Shown here piece after piece: positions 51,180 to 55,173 of a DNA stretch of 55,173 nucleotides; within the stretch, counting starts at the first letter, position 1; each line of letters begins with the position of its first letter. The notes beneath the pieces were generated by a model. It did not search any database. It saw only the letters and a list, made by a program, of their open reading frames with translations, and was not told where the DNA came from. The translations under genes were made by a program, and so were the position numbers. The DNA is taken from positions 1 to 55,173 of the forward strand of contig CAJWHW010000011.1 of the NCBI GenBank assembly GCA_913040915.1. Reading direction: 5' to 3'. Source of the DNA: an uncultured Fidelibacterota bacterium. Lineage in GTDB: Bacteria; Fidelibacterota; Marinisomatia; Marinisomatales; UBA1611.

Positions 51180-51877
51180 GCACAGATCAAGAAAAACTTA
51201 TTGCTGAATATGTTCAGAAGGGTCTCGCTGGAGATATGGATTCAATTAATGCTATTGAAGACCGTGCTCTAAGAGGGAAAGTAAAATCTGCTTTGGTAAA
51301 GGCCAAGCGTGCTGGTAAAAATGCTAAAATTTCAAAAGATGGCCCGAAAAATGATGGTAGTGTAAAGATACAGGAGAAATCATCAGAAGAAAATATCAAT
51401 AAAAAAATACAAAGTATGCTTGCTGATAAATTTCCGGATGCTCTACAAGAAAGACAAGAAGATGGTTTTATCTCTATTAAGCCAGATCAATGGCTTGACA
51501 TTGCTAAATGGCTCAAATCAGACCCATCTCTACTATTTGATTCTTTACAGTGCCAGACAGGTGTAGATATTGGTGATGATTTGCTAGATTCAAGATATAA
51601 TCTTCACTCGATGGAATTAGATCATTATACAGAAATTAGAATAGCAGTTCCTCGATCTAATCCCAAGGTACCATCTGTAGAAAGAATATGGAGAATTGCT
51701 GATTGGTTTGAAAGAGAAACATACGATATGTTTGGAATTGAGTATACCGGTCACAGAGACCTCAGAAGAATACTTTTACCTGATGATTGGGAAGGCTGGC
51801 CGTTGAGAAAAGATTATGAGGTGCAGGAAACATATCACGGTATAGTGGTGCCGAAATTGAAGGAAGGATGGGAGTAG
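51176..51877 (+). CDS. nuoC: NADH-quinone oxidoreductase subunit C with N-terminal extension
   Basis: [20 protein letters not shown]...[19 protein letters not shown]. Confidence 0.93.
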   Translation: MSTDQEKLIAEYVQKGLAGDMDSINAIEDRALRGKVKSALVKAKRAGKNAKISKDGPKNDGSVKIQEKSSEENINKKIQSMLADKFPDALQERQEDGFISIKPDQWLDIAKWLKSDPSLLFDSLQCQTGVDIGDDLLDSRYNLHSMELDHYTEIRIAVPRSNPKVPSVERIWRIADWFERETYDMFGIEYTGHRDLRRILLPDDWEGWPLRKDYEVQETYHGIVVPKLKEGWE

Positions 51878-52989
51878 TACACGGCGAAGAAATGGTCCTA
51901 AATATTGGACCACAGCATCCTGCTACTCATGGTGTCTTACGTCTACAAGTGAGAACAGATGGTGAGGTTGTATCTCAAATAACGCCCTATATGGGTTATT
52001 TGCATAGGTGTTTTGAGAAACATTCTGAAAATGTTACCTATGATCAAGTAATACCATTTACCGACCGTTGTGATTATTTATCTTCTATGTCAATGAATTT
52101 TGGATATGTTGTGGCAATGGAAAGGCTCATGGAAATTAAAGTGAATAACAGAGTTGAGCATATCAGAGTCATCATGGCAGAATTGCAACGAATCGCTAGT
52201 CATTTATTATGTACCGGTGTTTTCGGCTTAGATTTAGGGGCGTTCACTCCTTTTTTATGGGCATTGAGGGATAGAGAAAGAATATTAGATTTATTCGAGT
52301 TAACATGCGGTGCACGATTACTTTATAACTATATGTGGGTTGGTGGTCTAAGTCATGACATCCCTGTAGGTTTCGTTGAATCAACATTTGAATTTCTAGA
52401 TTATTTTGAACCTAAAATCGACGAGTTAGAAAATATACTCGCCCACAATAAAATCCTTGTAGAGCGTTCTGCTGATATTGGAGTAATGCCAAAAGAAGTG
52501 GCAATAAGTTATGGAGTCACTGGTCCCAACTTAAGAGCATCAGGAGTAAAATGGGATTTAAGGAAAAATGATCCTTATTCTATATATGATAGATTTGAAT
52601 TTGAGATTCCTGTAGGCGAAGGAAAAAAAGGAACTATTGGAGATTGCTGGGATAGATTTTATGTAAGAATCCTTGAAATTAGAGAGAGTGTCAAAATAAT
52701 AAGACAAGCATTGGCCAGTATGCCTGAAGATGGTGATGTTCATCAATCTTTACCAAAAAAGATACGTCCTCCCAAAGGATCAGTCTATGCCAGGACGGAA
52801 ACGCCAAGAGGCGATTTAGGTTACTATATTGAGAGCGATGGTAGTCCGATTCCATATAGGGTCAAAATGCGTTCACCTGCATTTACAGCTCTTTCTGTGC
52901 TTGATGAAATTGGAGCAGGTTGGTTATTATCGGATGTACTTGCCATTTTAGGTAGTCTCGATATTGTTTTAGGAGAGATAGATAGGTGA
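51868..52989 (+). CDS. nuoD: NADH-quinone oxidoreductase subunit D
   Basis: NIGPQHPATHGVLRL, GYLHR..EK, ETPRG.LG, LGSLDIVLGEIDR. Confidence 0.96.
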   Translation: MGVVHGEEMVLNIGPQHPATHGVLRLQVRTDGEVVSQITPYMGYLHRCFEKHSENVTYDQVIPFTDRCDYLSSMSMNFGYVVAMERLMEIKVNNRVEHIRVIMAELQRIASHLLCTGVFGLDLGAFTPFLWALRDRERILDLFELTCGARLLYNYMWVGGLSHDIPVGFVESTFEFLDYFEPKIDELENILAHNKILVERSADIGVMPKEVAISYGVTGPNLRASGVKWDLRKNDPYSIYDRFEFEIPVGEGKKGTIGDCWDRFYVRILEIRESVKIIRQALASMPEDGDVHQSLPKKIRPPKGSVYARTETPRGDLGYYIESDGSPIPYRVKMRSPAFTALSVLDEIGAGWLLSDVLAILGSLDIVLGEIDR

Positions 52990-54059
52990 CAGTCGATTTC
53001 ATTTTTGATCAGCTCAACCAATTATTCCCAGCAGTAGCTGGGAATGATCTTTTATTAATACTGGCTATGCTTCTCCCCGTTGCTGTATTATTAGGATTTA
53101 TTACAGTTTATGGTTTTGGTGTTATTTATTCTGAAATAAAAGTATCTTCTTTTATACAGGATAAAACTGGCCCGATGGGACAAGGTCCTGGGCTTCATGC
53201 TGGCAAGTGGGGATTATTACAACCAGTAGCGGATGGGTTAAAATTATTTATCAAAGAAGATATAATTCCGGCAAGCGCTGATAGACCATTATTTATACTT
53301 GCCCCTTTCCTGATTTTCATTGGTGCACTTACATCATTTATTGCTGTCCCATTTGGTGAAAAAATTATCATTACTGATATGAATATCGGTATATTTTATA
53401 TAATTGGTGTTGGTAGTCTGGCAGTCATAGCCTTGATTCTTGCAGGATGGTCATCCAATAATAAATGGGCTTTATTTGGCGGAATGAGATCAGCAGCCCA
53501 GATAATCAGCTATGAAATTCCTGCTGGGATTTCTCTAGTAGTTGTTATCATGCTAGCTAGTTCACTAAATATGCAAGAAATCATTGCCTATCAAAAGGGT
53601 GGTATATTCAAATGGATAATCTTTGATAACCCATTTATGCCTATTGTTTTTGTCATTTTCTTTGTAAGCGTGCTTGCAGAAACAAATAGAACCCCTTTTG
53701 ATTTGCCTGAGTCCGAGTCAGAATTAGTGGCTGGGTTTGTTACAGAGTATTCGGGTACTCGCTATGCAATCTTTTTTCTCAGTGAATATGCAAATATGTT
53801 TGTTGTAAGTGCAGTTGGTGCGACAGCATTTCTGGGCGGTTGGCAAAGCCCATTCCCAAATCTTCTTAATACTCCTGCTTGGAGCGTCTTTTGGATGATG
53901 AGTAAAACATTTTTTTTAATATTTGTTATGATATGGGTGCGATGGACGGTACCAAGACTAAGAGTAGATCAGCTAATGCATTTATGTTGGAAAGTTTTTA
54001 TACCCATAGGCTTATTTAATATTTTCGCCGTTGCAATATGGACGGTAATCGTAGGATAA
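52986..54059 (+). CDS. nuoH: NADH-quinone oxidoreductase subunit H
   Basis: GLLQPVADGLKLFIKED, SNNKW...GGMRSAAQIISYE, NRTPFDLPESESELVAGF.TEYSG, PRLRVDQ. Confidence 0.96.
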   Translation: MTVDFIFDQLNQLFPAVAGNDLLLILAMLLPVAVLLGFITVYGFGVIYSEIKVSSFIQDKTGPMGQGPGLHAGKWGLLQPVADGLKLFIKEDIIPASADRPLFILAPFLIFIGALTSFIAVPFGEKIIITDMNIGIFYIIGVGSLAVIALILAGWSSNNKWALFGGMRSAAQIISYEIPAGISLVVVIMLASSLNMQEIIAYQKGGIFKWIIFDNPFMPIVFVIFFVSVLAETNRTPFDLPESESELVAGFVTEYSGTRYAIFFLSEYANMFVVSAVGATAFLGGWQSPFPNLLNTPAWSVFWMMSKTFFLIFVMIWVRWTVPRLRVDQLMHLCWKVFIPIGLFNIFAVAIWTVIVG

Positions 54060-54063
54060 AATC

Positions 54064-54648
54064 ATGATAAAATACTTTTCTGATATTTTCACCGCAGTTT
54101 CTACAATAGCTGGTGGAATGTTTATAACATTAAACCACTTGCTAAATGCAAGAAAAGGAATTGCGACATTACAATATCCTGAAGAAAAATGGCCGCGCCC
54201 AGAAAGAAATATAGGATTTGACCATGAAAGCTATAATGTTATTAGGTCAAGATTACATGTCGATATGGATGATTGTATTGGCTGTTTAAAATGTGAGCGC
54301 GTATGCCCGGTTGACTGTATAAAGATAGAAACAGTAAAGGCACCGGATAGAGGAGAAGATATAAAAGATGTTAAACATGTGGGTATTACAACAAATGGTA
54401 CACGTAAAGCTATGGTTGTTACCCGCTTTGATATTGATATGACCGAATGCTGTTACTGTAATCTATGTACCTATCCATGCCCTGAAGAATGTATTTTTAT
54501 GACTGGTGGCCCGAATGCTAAGAAGCATCCTATTGATTATGAATTCTCTGAAGGTGATCGAAGCGACCTAATTTATCGCTTTGCAAAACAAGGCACGAAA
54601 GAAGGTATGCAAAAATTATTAAATGAAGATAACAAAGCTGAGGCCTAG
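54064..54648 (+). CDS. nuoI: NADH-quinone oxidoreductase subunit I
   Basis: TLQYPE; two 4Fe-4S motifs CIGCLKCERVCP and CCYCNLCTYPCP; follows nuoH. Confidence 0.92.
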   Translation: MIKYFSDIFTAVSTIAGGMFITLNHLLNARKGIATLQYPEEKWPRPERNIGFDHESYNVIRSRLHVDMDDCIGCLKCERVCPVDCIKIETVKAPDRGEDIKDVKHVGITTNGTRKAMVVTRFDIDMTECCYCNLCTYPCPEECIFMTGGPNAKKHPIDYEFSEGDRSDLIYRFAKQGTKEGMQKLLNEDNKAEA

Positions 54649-54653
54649 AACCA

Positions 54654-55142
54654 TTGGCTGAAATTTTATTCTGGTTTATAGCATTATTGACGGTTATCTC
54701 TGCGTCAATGGTAGTACTTAATAATCAGTTACTTTATTCTGCCATCGCTCTTCTTTTTACTCTTTTTGGGATAGCTGGTCTTTACATTTATCTTTGGGCT
54801 GATTTCATAGCAGGGGTTCAGCTTTTAGTTTATATTGGTGGAATTAATGTGCTTATTATTTTTGGGATTATGCTCACAAATCGAATTTCTTCTATAAGGC
54901 TATCTCAGACTAATGTTCAACAGGGGGTAGGTGGAGTAGTCTCACTTTGGTTGATGTTGCTCATAGGAATTGTAATATCAAAAACTCCTTGGTACCAGAT
55001 AACATCTGCTGAGCCTTCTAGTACAGTCAGAGAAGTAGGCACATTGCTTATGACAAAATATCTCTTGCCATTCGAAGCGATATCAATACTTTTATTGGGG
55101 GCATTGATAGGAGCGGCACTTTTATCAAGGGAAGCGAATTAA
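54654..55142 (+). CDS. nuoJ: NADH-quinone oxidoreductase subunit J
   Basis: ADFIAGVQLLVYIGGINVL, YLLPFEAISILLLGALIGA. Confidence 0.93.
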   Translation: MAEILFWFIALLTVISASMVVLNNQLLYSAIALLFTLFGIAGLYIYLWADFIAGVQLLVYIGGINVLIIFGIMLTNRISSIRLSQTNVQQGVGGVVSLWLMLLIGIVISKTPWYQITSAEPSSTVREVGTLLMTKYLLPFEAISILLLGALIGAALLSREAN

Positions 55143-55173
55143 TGGACCAGCTTAATAATTATTTATATATTGC
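55142..55173 (+). CDS. nuoK: Probable NADH-quinone oxidoreductase subunit K (5' fragment, runs off window)
   Basis: ATG overlapping the nuoJ stop (TAATG); MDQLNNYLYI...; called from synteny only. Confidence 0.55.
   Translation, partial: MDQLNNYLYI

Overview
A low-GC (roughly one-third G+C, by eye), gene-dense bacterial chromosomal segment. The protein families point to the FCB superphylum, most plausibly Marinimicrobia/Marinisomatota (inference, no database search). From left to right it holds: tRNA-Asp overlapped by a DUF3098-like CDS; mltG-pcrA/uvrD-fur followed by a feoA remnant; a GNAT gene; yhaM-like, ECF S-component and beta-barrel genes converging on a cobalamin-riboswitch-controlled btuB-btuG pair; an NlpC/P60-HNH-trpS-scpA-scpB-rluB-cmk-rpsA-ybbR-tsaD-vWA housekeeping run; ugd-rmlCBA; a ~14.7 kb minus-strand Wzx/Wzy capsule locus (SLBB exporter, Wzz with an N-terminal HTH, flippase, sulfotransferase, CDP-alcohol phosphotransferase, Wzy, GT4, gmd, fcl, WecG-like GT, UDP-xylose synthase, priming transferase, Wzi-like); serS-plsC; hldC-mltD-HU-bS22-xseAB-nadK; a CoA-binding protein and proline dehydrogenase; and the start of a complex I operon with no nuoEFG (nuoABCDHIJK...). 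The best candidates for novelty are the helix-turn-helix-Wzz fusion, the predicted sulfated fucose/xylose capsule, a cobalamin riboswitch that may act through a translationally coupled leader ORF, and a stop codon located inside a tRNA gene.
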